A stretch of DNA of 64,000 bases from Octopus vulgaris (lineage: Eukaryota). This document shows, one piece after another, positions 1-11,906 of the stretch. The DNA lies in the NCBI GenBank assembly GCA_951406725.2, contig OX597822.1, forward strand, positions 38,378,001-38,442,000, in the 5' to 3' direction. The notes beneath the pieces were generated by a model. It searched no databases. It saw only the letters and a list, made by a program, of their open reading frames with translations, and was not told the origin of the DNA. A program made the position numbers and the translations under genes. Within the stretch, counting starts at the first letter, position 1. The number at the start of each line of letters is the position of its first letter.

Positions 1-146
1 AACTGACCACTCAATAATGTCTACTCTATAGGACACTGAGTATCTCCATTTCTACTTGAACTAAAGGAGTTTTAAAAATAATTTTTTTCATTTTAACCTA
101 TTTTCAATCATCTGTAAAAGTTTTAAAGTAATATTCAGAAATTTAA

Positions 147-360
147 CCCTTTTGTTACCAACCTGGCTGAAACTGGCTCCGAATATGAATGTTTTGTTTT
201 CATAAGTTTTGAATTAAAATCTTCCACCAAACCTTAGTCACAATTTATGTTCCTAACACTAGCTGAATGATAACTAAGTTATTCAACTAAATTCTTTGTT
301 ATATTTAAAGTAATTGAAAGAAACACAGAGCATCTCAAAATAAATATGGTAACAAAATGG
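147..360. mobile_element. piggyBac-like MITE
   Basis: TTAA-CCCTTTTGTTACC...GGTAACAAAATGG-TTAA; close copy at 10788-11007. Confidence 0.75.
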
Positions 361-931
361 TTAAGTACTCTGGGACTTAATGAGTTAATAATAATAATGA
401 TGATGATGATGATAATTTCTAACATACTGCATTTTCAAGCATACAAGCTGATCTAATATCTTTCCAAATCCTGCTTCATTCCACATGGAATTTTCATTCC
501 TCTAAAGTTGTCTTGGAGTATAAGCCAACTTTCCATTTTTGGTTGTAAATTCTGGTCTGAAAAATTTAACTTGTATGCTAAAAAATATGGAAGGCTAGAA
601 GTTTCAATGTAGGACTTTAGTTGTTTGAGTTGGCCTCAGTGCATGACTGGTACTTTTTTTTAATGCCTTAAAAGGATTAAATGCAGTTAACCTTCGCACG
701 ATTTGAAATTATCACATAAAGGAACCTAATTAAATACCACAAGGTGTTTCAATGCTGCCATAATAAGACATGTCACAATTCATGGGGAATAAGAAGAGGA
801 TGGAAGTTGATATTTTTTGAACCCCAGTATATGTCTGGTACGTATTTTATAGAACCAGGAAGAGTGAAAATTAAAGTCAGTCCCTGTCAGTATTTGAACC
901 CCAAATGTAAAAAAAAAATAATAATACTCAC

Positions 932-1098
932 GATCATTATAGGCATTGGGAATATATCTTATGAAAGGAGTATCTGCCTTGCCAAGTAGTGGATTATTCC
1001 GGTTGTTGCATGCACCATTGATTGTTCGGTATTTATAGTTGTAATTGCAGAGTACTGTACGGAAGGGACATAACTGCTTACGTTTTCCCTTTGAATCA
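932..1098 (-). CDS. Animal heme peroxidase (peroxidase-cyclooxygenase superfamily) internal exon; gene continues beyond the left edge
   Basis: CTTCAG acceptor, GTGAGT donor; DSKGKRKQLCPFRTVLCNYNYKYRTINGACNNRNNPLLGKADTPFIRYIPNAYND matches the family motif YRxxxGxCNNxxxPxxGxxxxxFxRxxPxxYxD at the start of the catalytic domain. Confidence 0.88.
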
Positions 1099-1222
1099 CT
1101 GAAGATATAAAAATATAAACATGTATATGTATGTACATATGTATGTATGTATATAAGTATGTGTGTGTGCATACATACATACATACATACATACATACAT
1201 ACAAACATACATACATAATGTA

Positions 1223-1257
<35 letters not shown>

Positions 1258-2001
1258 ATATTAATCGAAGTGTTCTGTATTATATATCCATTATATATAA
1301 ATTATGGCAGTTTCATAGGGGGTTACTAGTCAATGTCTACACATTGTATCTACATATATCTACTCTATACAAAGTGTTCAGGTTAAATTTGACAATTGTT
1401 TATGTCTCCTTTTTTCAGAAACAGGTTGATGTCAATGAACAGTCAATCACGTGGAAGAGCATAGAGACTGAAATTGTAGTTGAGAGAAAGTTAGCTGACA
1501 TGAAGGACTGGGAGCCATTTGAATATTGGAAAAGAGTTACCTGTATCATGATGATTCATGCCAGGTATCAAAATGTTAACATTATGTCTGTTCTATATTT
1601 GAGAGATGAGGAATTATGTACATTATTTACATTTGATGGATATTTGTCCTCATCTTGCTTGTTGTTAACACGTTTTGGCTGATATACCCTCCAGCCTTCA
1701 TCAGGTGGCTTGGGGAAATTTTGAACCTGTGTTCTCATTCTTAAGGTATTTTTTGATGTTGTTATTATTATTATTATTATTATTATCATCATCATCAGTA
1801 TCATTATTATTATTTTTATTATTCAGGTCACTGCCTGGAATCAAACTCGGAATCTTGGGGTTAGTAGCCCGCGCTCTTAACCACTATGCCATATGCCCAT
1901 GGGCATATGGTGTAGTGGTTACCCACGGGCATATGGCATAATGGTTAAGAGCATGGGCTACTAACCCCAAGATTCCGAGTTTGATTCCAGGCAGTAATCT
2001 G

Positions 2002-2717
<716 letters not shown>

Positions 2718-3944
2718 GCAACATAAAAAAATGCCTTAAGAATGAGGTTCGAAATTTCCCCAAGACACCTGATGAAGGCTGGAGGGTATATCAGCCGAAA
2801 CGTTGATATATTGATGGTCTAGTCTTGGTCATGTTATCTTATGGTCAGGTTGTCTTGAAATTGAAATCTTGACAAAAATGACCATGCTTCTCTATTGAAT
2901 ACAAGTGGTGGAAATAATCAACAATTGCAACGAACAGAATGAGCTGTGTTTAAAAAAATGTAGTCCACATTCAACCTAGGTAGCCATCCCCTGAGATAGA
3001 AATATGCAGACTAAAAGCTGCAGTGGTTGGTTACTATATTCAAGTATAGTACAGTCATCGTCAAAACTATACAGAAACTCCTTCAGTGGTTCATATACTC
3101 TCTGTTTTAAAGACAATGAGAAATTTGTCAAGGAAAGATTTGACTGTCACATAAAATAGGTTAAGTTTATCATTTATTATGTAGCATGTACACAGATTTG
3201 TGTAGAAAGCATACCTCACTCTATATCTACCCTATCTAACATTGAATGAGGGTGGAAACTGAGAACATAGAAAAACATAGAAAGTACTTTGAGTCACAAT
3301 ATAGCAAAAAATGTTGAGTACCTACAACAGAGTAGTAAGTCTGAGTACTCACAATGGAATTAAAAACTGAGTGCTTATTGAGTAAAATGTATGAGTACTT
3401 AAAATACAATAGAAAATGAGTACCAATAATAAAGGACAAATCTGAGTACTTACAATGCAACTTTTCTCTTGTTGTGTAATCTCCCATTCAAAGTGCTGAG
3501 TGAATTCTTCTGAGGGAAATCAAGAGTTACCTTCTTGGAAACACCTACAGATTAAATATAAAGGGAAACACCATAGTCGTCGCCACCAACGCCACCACCA
3601 CAGCAACTACCACCACCGCCGCCGCCACCACCGCTGCCACTGCCATCGCCGCCACTGCCGCCACCACCACCACCACCATTATCACTGGGCACATTGTTAG
3701 TAAGCTCAACGAACCTAATGAATATGATGACAAACCTAAGTATAATTTCAAAGACCTCAGTTGCTGCCCTTTAAATGATAACCACCTGATTAAAGGAGTT
3801 GTAAACACATGACTAAGATACATATTGATAATATCCTTACATGCAAAAAAACTTACACTGCAGCTACAGAAAACAGCTTCAAAATAAGGTTTCATTTAAA
3901 TTTATAAACACTACATCATATACAGACATAAATATATGTTTCAC

Positions 3945-4084
3945 CTGGTCTCGGTTATTTTTCCTTGCTCCTTTTTTCCCTTCATTTTGTAACAACAGAC
4001 ATACATAGGAATTTTTAAATGAAGGGTTTCTCCAAAATAGTGAAAATTTTGCAAAACAGTTCAGGGATTCTACATTCACAGTTC
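3945..4084 (-). CDS. Candidate pro-region exon of the peroxidase
   Basis: CCCAG acceptor (weak pyrimidine tract), CAG/GTGAAA donor; phase-1 start fits the 6107-6150 exon; open for (G)TVNVESLNCFAKFSLFWRNP...NNRDQ. Its phase-0 end does not join 932-1098 directly, so another exon would be needed. Confidence 0.3.
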
Positions 4085-4306
4085 CTGGGTTGGATACATG
4101 CACCCATGTGCACACAAGTAGTAATGAAGCACACACATTTGTATACTAGTGACATGTACACTTACTAAACAATTGCCAGTTTATCTACACACACACACAC
4201 ACACACACACCAATCAATCCAGTTGACCACAAACACAAAACCTATCTTAAACAAGAGAGCCTTGTCACTTTGTTATGATGGCCTAACATTCTGTTAAGAA
4301 AATAAA

Positions 4307-4734
4307 GGCACAGGAGTGGCTGTGTGGTAAGTAGCTTGCTTACCAACCACATGCTTCCAGGTTCAGTCCCATTCCGTGGCACCTTGGGCAAGTGTCTTCT
4401 ACTATAGCCTCGGATCGACCAATGCCTTGTGAGTGGATTTGGTAGTCAGAAACTGAAAGAAGCCCGTCGTATATATGTATATATATATACACAATAAAAG
4501 CAATTAAAGAACTTCGGAAATCTGTTTACAACCTAAATCTGCTTTTAATGAAATTATCTCCAATACTTCATGAGTATAGCCTCACCCACTAAGATGTTTG
4601 GAGAACTCATATGTATTTTAGCTGATGAGTACGGGACACTTTTATCTGCTGCAATTTTTGCAACTTTTAATAAAGCCTGTCTTTGTATGAAACAATTGTA
4701 CTAAAAACTAATCCATTCTTGTTGCTTCTTTCTC

Positions 4735-4777
<43 letters not shown>

Positions 4778-4990
4778 CGTGTATATGTGTCTGTGTCTGT
4801 GTTTGTCCCCCCAACATTGCTTGACAACCGATACTGGTGTGTTTATGTCTCTGTAACTTAGCGGTTCGGCAAAAGAGACCGATAGAATAAGTACTAGGCT
4901 TACAAAGAATAAATCCTGGCGTCAATTTGCTCAACTAAAGGCAGTGCTCGAGCATGGCCACAGTCAAATGACTGAAATAAGTAAAAGAGT
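4307..4990 (+). mobile_element. tRNA-derived SINE family A; other copies at about 22384-22722(+), 23657-24045(-), 33225-33480(+), 44465-44850(-), 51875-52250(-), 60200-60575(-), 62631-63035(+)
   Basis: Shared head GGAGTGGCTGTGTGGTAAG...GGTTCAGTCCC (A/B-box-like), internal TA/TG microsatellite, tail CAGTCAAATGACTGAAACAAGTAAAAGAGT. Confidence 0.85.
4616..4706 (+). ncRNA. Type I hammerhead ribozyme motif in a probable Penelope-like terminal-repeat fragment (about 4490-4740)
   Basis: Stem I TTTTAG/CTAAAA; core CTGATGA 4622-4628; stem II GTAC/GTAT with a long loop; GAAA 4689-4692; palindromic stem III ACAATTGT; GTA cleavage triplet ending at 4700. Confidence 0.75.
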
Positions 4991-5854
4991 AAAAAAATTA
5001 GCAATTATACAATTATTCCAGCTTTATACTCCATGTATTGAGTACCTTCTCCATTAATTGTAACCAGCTGGTGTCTTTTATACACTATGACACATAAACT
5101 GTTGACAACTTTTCTTCACAGTTTTAGACTCTGGACTGTCCTTTCTGCTTTTCTCAAGTTGGATCCTTGTTTTTTCAGATTTTATTGCCCCACATCATGT
5201 TTCCCTGAAGGGAAGTCTTCCTCCCAGGTCTTGTTATTGGCTTTGAATTATCATCAATTCTTCTATAACTTTGCTTTTTTCTAGATAGAGATGTTGACTC
5301 TACACAAACTCATTTTTGCTTGTGGGAAGAGATGGTCCATATTAATCTGCCCTCAGTCATTTGACCTGTCCAGCATGGAAGGCCGTATGAGGAGTTTTTA
5401 ACTCCACTGGCATAGTTCTCTGTGTCATTGAGGCACTCAATTCCCCACACCACAAGGACTAGATCTTGTGGTAGTTTATCCTCATCCTTTAATGTCTGTT
5501 GTCCATGCTGGCATGGGTTGGACAGCTCAATAGGAGCTGGCAAATCAGAAGACCAATGTCTGCTTTGGCATGGTTTGTATGACAGGATGCTTTTCCTAAT
5601 GCCATCCACTTTTGCAAGACAAAAACCCCTCAAACGAGATGGAGAAAGAGTTATAATTGAGAGAAGTGGCTTTATAACAAGTGATGAGAGATAGAAAGAC
5701 AGGAAAAATTGTCTTGCTGCAGGGGTTAATCACCTGTGTATGCACAGGACCATCTTAGGAACATTATAGCTCCCCCACCCCTGAAAATCAATTCACAGAG
5801 CCCTATAATATTTATTTACTGACAGCAAGCCACAACCTACAAAGATCAGAATTG

Positions 5855-5965
5855 GGCTCCTAGGCTCATGAGGCTCCTAGACTCATGTGGCTCCTAGACT
5901 CACAAGGTTTCTAGATTCATGAGGCTCCTAGACTCACAAAGTTCCTAGACTCATGAGGCTCCTGG
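5855..5965 (+). repeat. 17-bp minisatellite (GGCTCCTAGACTCATGA), about 6.5 copies
   Basis: Direct reading of tandem units. Confidence 0.85.
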
Positions 5966-6106
5966 GCAATTGCCCAGTGTGCCCATGCCTTAAGGCAATA
6001 TTGTTTATGCACACATACAAGCACATGTTTCTGCGTAAGTATATCATGAAATAAAGAAATAAGAGAAAAGAACCATCTTTTTATTGTGCAAAGATCTAGT
6101 ACTTAC

Positions 6107-6150
6107 CAGCAGTGACTGGAAACAGCAGTATACAGAAGATCAATTGTATA
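6107..6150 (-). CDS. Candidate signal-peptide exon of the peroxidase
   Basis: TTCTTTTTAG acceptor, GTAAGT donor; 44 nt reading IQLIFCILLFPVTA, a hydrophobic core with a small-residue cleavage site. Assignment to the peroxidase is inferred from strand and position. Confidence 0.55.
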
Positions 6151-6419
6151 CTAAAAAGAATGTAGTTTCAAAAATTTAATATATAACATTAAGTTAGTAT
6201 TATATATTTAATACATTGATAATTCAAATACATTTAATGCAATAAAAATCTAACTAAAAATAATTATGTGGTGAGGAAATGATTTAATATTTTAATTTTT
6301 AACTTGTCTGGAGTTACTTCTCATACTTACTTTGAGTAAGTAAGGTAAGCAACTCCAGACAAGTTTCAGTCTCATTACACCTTTTCAGTGAAATTCTACA
6401 TTGCTGTAGTACTGATGAA

Positions 6420-7605
6420 AGATCCATTTAATAGGTGTACAATTTTGATGAAACCCTTTTGTAGGCTATGTCAATGACAAATAACATTGACTTCATTATC
6501 ATGGCTGAAGACTTCAATGGCTATGTTGATCAACAGCATAAAAGTTTTCTTGATGTCCATTGAGGCTATGGATATGGTATAAGAATCAAGAAAGGTTTAA
6601 GGCTTCTAAAATTATCTGATACAATGATCTAACAATTTGCGACACACTTGTCAAGTAGCCAGCCAGCCAGCCAACCAACCACCTCATCTACCAATCTAGT
6701 GAACATGTCATATAGATTTCATTTTCATCAGGAAACGGAATGGAAGGTTCATTGTAAGTACCAAAAGCAAAACCTTTTCTGAGTAAGAATGTACTACCCA
6801 ATTATATTAGTGGCTTGCAACTTTAGAATTAGAGGTAAGTAGGCTCAGAGACAGAAAACGATCTGGGAAAGGAAGACATGGAAGCTAAAAGGACCTGCAG
6901 TTGGTCATAAGTTTAGAGAAACTAGGGTGCAGATAAGACTAGGAGTTCCTTTGAGACCAACAACTGAGGGCTTCAGATCAGATTTGTGGCTGAAGTAATG
7001 TCCCAGCGAGACTATAAAGTGATGTGGTGGTAGAATATGATACAGCAGATAGAGATGTATAACATGAAAGAGTCATGGAAATGCTTGTAATGAGAGGTTG
7101 TTAAACAAGGCGAATAACTGGGCTGAAGAGGGAGCCACTTTGTGTCACCCCAACAAAAGGGCAAGCAGTGCAAATTGATAGCAGTGTGGTAGATAGAGCA
7201 ACTAAAAACATGTAAGTAGGGTAAGCTACTGATCCATCAGGGATTGTGGATGAGGTGCTTAAAATATTTGGAAAAGTAGATACATAATAATTCTTTAAAT
7301 AGTAAATCAAGTAATGAAGAAATTATCTGGTTTAGCTGTATTACTGTAATCTGCTATGAGAGCAAAAGAGATGTCTTAAAGAGAGGACATTTTATATGTA
7401 TCAATTTGCTGAACTGGGCTATGAAGGTTACAGAGAGGGTCATTGTACAATTGATCACGAACAGAGTTTGCTTAAATGAAATGCAGTTTGGCTTTATGCA
7501 TGGAAGAGGCACCACAGATACAATCTTCTTAGTGAGACAACCACTTGCATTTAGTCAAGAGTAAACCACTATGCCTGGCATTCAATGACTTGAAGAGGGC
7601 CTTTA
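6420..7605 (+). mobile_element. Older, heavily decayed RTE LINE fragment (APE endonuclease end to RT start)
   Basis: Remnants IIMAEDFNGYV (GDFN motif) and MQFGFMHGRGTTDTIFLVRQ; DNA similarity to 26130-26530. Confidence 0.7.
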
Positions 7606-9995
7606 TATACTAATACAAGAGAAGAGTTTAGGGCTGAAATATTTTTGTGTCCTGCCAAACCTATATACATGCATACATATACACACATGCATGTACATCC
7701 ATATGTATATATGCATACACACATATATACATACGCACATATATACATACATATATACATATGGGTAGTAGGTAGCAATTTTCTTTACTACTTCAGGGAA
7801 TGACGACCCTGTCTGACATGAGTCCTGGGCTCAGCTGACTCTGGCTTACAGTACCTGGTATGGGCCCCTATTCAGAGTTACGGAAAGGAGACAACCTTCA
7901 AAGAAATCTGGAGTGGAGCCCTGTAGGCGGTTTAGTGTTTGACTCGACTCTCTTCCGGCAGCACTTGCAACCAAGCTGGTGCCAAACGTAGTGCTCTGCA
8001 CTCTTCTGGACTACATCAGCAAGGTTGAGAGAGGAATCCTGACGATTGGGCTACTCAGGATTTTCTTACATCTAGCCCAGGCTTGTGCAAAACTGATTTT
8101 ATGTGCAACTCCATTGTCTCCCGAGACGAAAGGATGCCAACAATACATACATATATACATACATATACATACATGTATGCACACACACACACTCATACAC
8201 ATGTATACATATAGGCATACACATACATATATCCACACACATATACATACTCACATACTGTGTATATATACACAAACATACACATGTGGCAACTCTGTAA
8301 AACCAGTCCATCTATGTAGTTTTGTAATGATTGTAAATTGAGATATATTTAACCAGGGTAGACATACTTTAGGATTATTGAGAGGATACCAAGAGATTAG
8401 TGTTAAAGGTATTTAACACTTTTGTAAGAAGATCAAGAGATTACTGTGAGACAGAGGCATTGCGTGAAGAAGGGGAAGGGCAGCAGTTGTTCCTGTGTAA
8501 AGGTATGGAAGGGGCAGAAAATTTCCTTTAGTGTAGCATACCTGTTAATTAAGGCGGGGCCCCCCAATAGTGTCTGCCCACCCCTACTGCATCCCTGCAG
8601 AAAGACATACTGTTGAATGAGCAGATTTAGGGTTAAAAGTGTTCCAAGGGACAATCACATCATTTTTCTTTACAGATATAGTATATCTGAGATTACATTA
8701 TTTAATGTGTCCTTTTATTTTAAGTCAGAAGGGTGTGATTTGAGGGGTGTTTGGTTGCTATTTCTAACAGGTTGTAGTGAGAAAGGTGTAGCAAAAGATG
8801 TTAAGGTAGCAGATGAAATAGTCACGTGGACGACAACAAACATATGCGCATACAAATAGACATATACATAGATTCATTAAATTCAATCGTGTTTTGTTTG
8901 GGAGAGAATTGAAATAAAGCTTTCACTTAATTTTATTATAGTAGTAACTATGGAAGACTAGCGGGATTATTATTTGTATGGACTTAAAGATTGGTTGCTA
9001 TTTAGTATATAATTTAGTTATTGTAGGTTTATAATTAATACCGATACAGATGTACATAGATTTATGTGTTTCTTGTAGTTTATTTTTAAAGTTAGTATTT
9101 AATCCTGCCTATATTTAGATTGAATACAGTTGTACATAGGGCAAACATGTTTGAAAGTTGTATGTTTTTTTTTCCTTTTTTTGGTATGTTTGTTCCCAAA
9201 CAAACTTCTTTTAGTGCTGTTGACACCACCAGAGTTAATGGTACTTCCAAGGTGTCAAAACCATAATGATATCTGTGGGAGCAGCTGATGATGGAGGTAC
9301 GTTGGATTGTTGGTATGGCTGTTTTTGTGTATGTGGAATGGTGTTATAATACATCCTTTTGATACAAACGTGTATGAGTATACGCACACACACACACACA
9401 TGATATGCTTATTTCAGTTTCCCTTTACTAAATTCACTCACAAGGCATTGCTTGGCTTAGGGCTATAGTAGAAGACACTTGCACAAAATGCCATGCAGTG
9501 GGACTAAACACGAAACTACATGGTTGCAAACCAAGTTTCTTAACCACTCAACCATGCCTGTACCTAATGTGAAAATTCTGTGAATGTTTCATGAAAATTC
9601 CTTAACCATTTTTTGATTGTTCTTTAACAGTTCTATGAAAATGCTAGAAACAGGCATGGCTGTGTGCTTAAGAATTTTTTTCCCATCTAAATAATTTGTA
9701 GTTCAATCCCAGGGTATAGTACCTTAGACAAGGATCTTTTACCATAGCCTTACATCAACCCAATTTATGTCAGTGAAAATTGCCAAAAGGAAACTGTGTG
9801 GAATCCCGTTGCTGGTAGGGTTGTGCCACTGTGTACAGTACCATTTATAACCATCATCTAACTCATGGCTATCTTTAGCAGTGTCCTGTCTCTTACCAAA
9901 TTATCTTATACTTTGTCTCCTTTCTGAAGATAACTTCCTCCTTTCCCTCTTCCTTACCAGTCTCAGAGGCCCTTAACCTTTTATAATTCAGATTA

Positions 9996-10443
9996 GGAGT
10001 AAAGATTGTTTGCCAACATAACATGGCAGTCCTGGTTTAGGATGAATGTTGCTGTAATTTAGCCCCATGAGACATTGTCTCCAGTTGGCTATACGACACG
10101 ATCTGTGTACTTATATTTTCGAACAAAGGAATCTAGCACTCCCACTTAGCTCAAAACAGTATCTGTGTATCATGATTTCTGGGTTATTTCCCTTCATAAT
10201 AACCCCTAAATTGCGATACACAGATATTGTTTTGAGCTGAGTTGGGGTGCTAGATTCCCTTGTTCGAAAATATAAAGATACAGATCGTGTTGTATAGCCA
10301 GCTGGAGACGATGTTTCTTGGGGCTAAATTACAGCAACATTCGTACTAAACCAGGACTGCCATGTTATGTTGACAAACAATCTTTACTCCAAAGTACTGT
10401 TGCTGAATATATCTCGTTGTGAGATTTACAAATAGTAATTTTC
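9996..10443. mobile_element. Fold-back insertion: inverted arms of about 195 bp plus a 53-bp tail, with 12-bp target duplication
   Basis: 9996-10190 is reverse-complementary to 10198-10390; TAATTCAGATTA at 9984-9995 and 10444-10455. Confidence 0.8.
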
Positions 10444-10787
10444 TAATTCAGATTACTCTGCCAAATCTAACGCTTATCTTTTCACATTGTTTTGAGTTAA
10501 TCAGTCATTATTTTTATAACTTAAAGATTTCAATGATTTGATTGTTCATTTTTAGAATGACATTGTAGGAAGGATATTTGGGCTGGACATGGGTGATTTA
10601 AATGCAAAAGAATTAAATAAACCAAGGATGCTGTCCTTTATTGTCCTCTGACCAAGTCATTAAAAAAAAATTAACAAATGAAAAATCTCATGTTAGAATT
10701 AATGTGATAAAAGTAGGGAAGAACACCACTGAATAGGAATAAAACCAGAACGAGATCCCTCTTGTTGTGTGTCCCTTTGTCCCTTAA

Positions 10788-11007
10788 CCCTTTTGTTACC
10801 AACCCGACTGAAATTGGCTCTGGCTCTGAGTACAAGTGTCTTGTTTCCATAAGTTTTGAATTAAAATCTTCCTCCAAACCTTAGTCACAATTTATGTTCC
10901 TAACACTAGCTGAATGGTAACTAAGTTATTTTACTAAATTCTTTGTTATATTTAAAGTAATTGAAAGAAGCACAGAGCATCTCAAAATAAATACAGTAAC
11001 GAAAGGG
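10788..11007. mobile_element. piggyBac-like MITE, second copy
   Basis: TTAA-CCCTTTTGTTAC...GTAACGAAAGGG-TTAA; body matches 147-360. Confidence 0.78.
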
Positions 11008-11029
11008 TTAAATTTAAAGAAAGCTACTG

Positions 11030-11875
11030 ACCTGTTCATTTCTGATGGAGAGTCAAGTTGTACTGGAACACTTGAAGAAACAAGTTCTCTTTCTCTGTAA
11101 GAACAGTTTTGGTGTAATGAACACTGGCTGCGAGAGAGCGTAATTATGATGATGGTGGCTTCTTGTCACAGATGGTGTTGAGTGATGGTGATGGTGGTGG
11201 TGTGATGGTAGAGACAGAAATGGTGGTGGTGGTGGTGGTGATGATATTGAGTGATAGTAGGAGTGGTGGTAGCAGTGTTAGAAGCTGTTGTGGTGGTGTG
11301 TGGAGTGATGGATGGTGTAAAGAGTATGAATTTGAGGTGAGGTGTTCATGAGGTAGCAATAGCAAAGGCGGTGCTGATAAGGTTGGGGGTTGGGGTGCAG
11401 GGTGGGGTAGAGTTTTGGGATTTGTGGAAGCTGTAGGAATGCGATTGTGGGTTGGTGAGATGCTTGAGACAGTTATTGATGTAAGGAGAGTTGAAGTGTG
11501 AGGAGAGATTCATGAGAGAGGAGTGTAGAAAAAGTATTTGCTGGATCTGGAGAAAGGGCTGGTGCCCATAATGTTTGCAAGCCCTTCAAGACTGGTGAGG
11601 GATGATGTCATTCATGTTTTTTCCTGCCTCTTATACGTTTTATAAGTCAACCCCTGCAGGGGATGACATGAGCAGGGAGTGAGTTCCAACATTCAAGGGA
11701 TGGCAAACATTTGGGAAGGACTGGGTATAGGGGTCAATGTAGGGTCTGAGGGTTGGACACAACCAGAGTGATAGAAGGAGGAGGAGAGGCTAGCAGTAAA
11801 GGAATGCTTGAGTGGTGATGGTATGAGTCCAGTCAGCTCTGAGGAGTAGATGCCATTACAGTAACAGTAAAAAAG

Positions 11876-11906
<31 letters not shown>

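Noticed and set aside
1927-1997. Possible tRNA gene
   Set aside because: A/B-box-like motifs are present but there is no convincing acceptor stem; it is the head of a repeated element.
3215-3258. AG/GT-bounded 44-nt candidate peroxidase exon
   Set aside because: Stop codons in all three frames with the GTATGC donor. An internal GTGAGG donor gives an open FHPHSMLDRVDI frame, but its start phase does not fit the upstream candidate; unresolved.
3500-3700. His/Arg-rich ORF
   Set aside because: Degenerate (CAC/CGC)n repeat with no splice or domain support.
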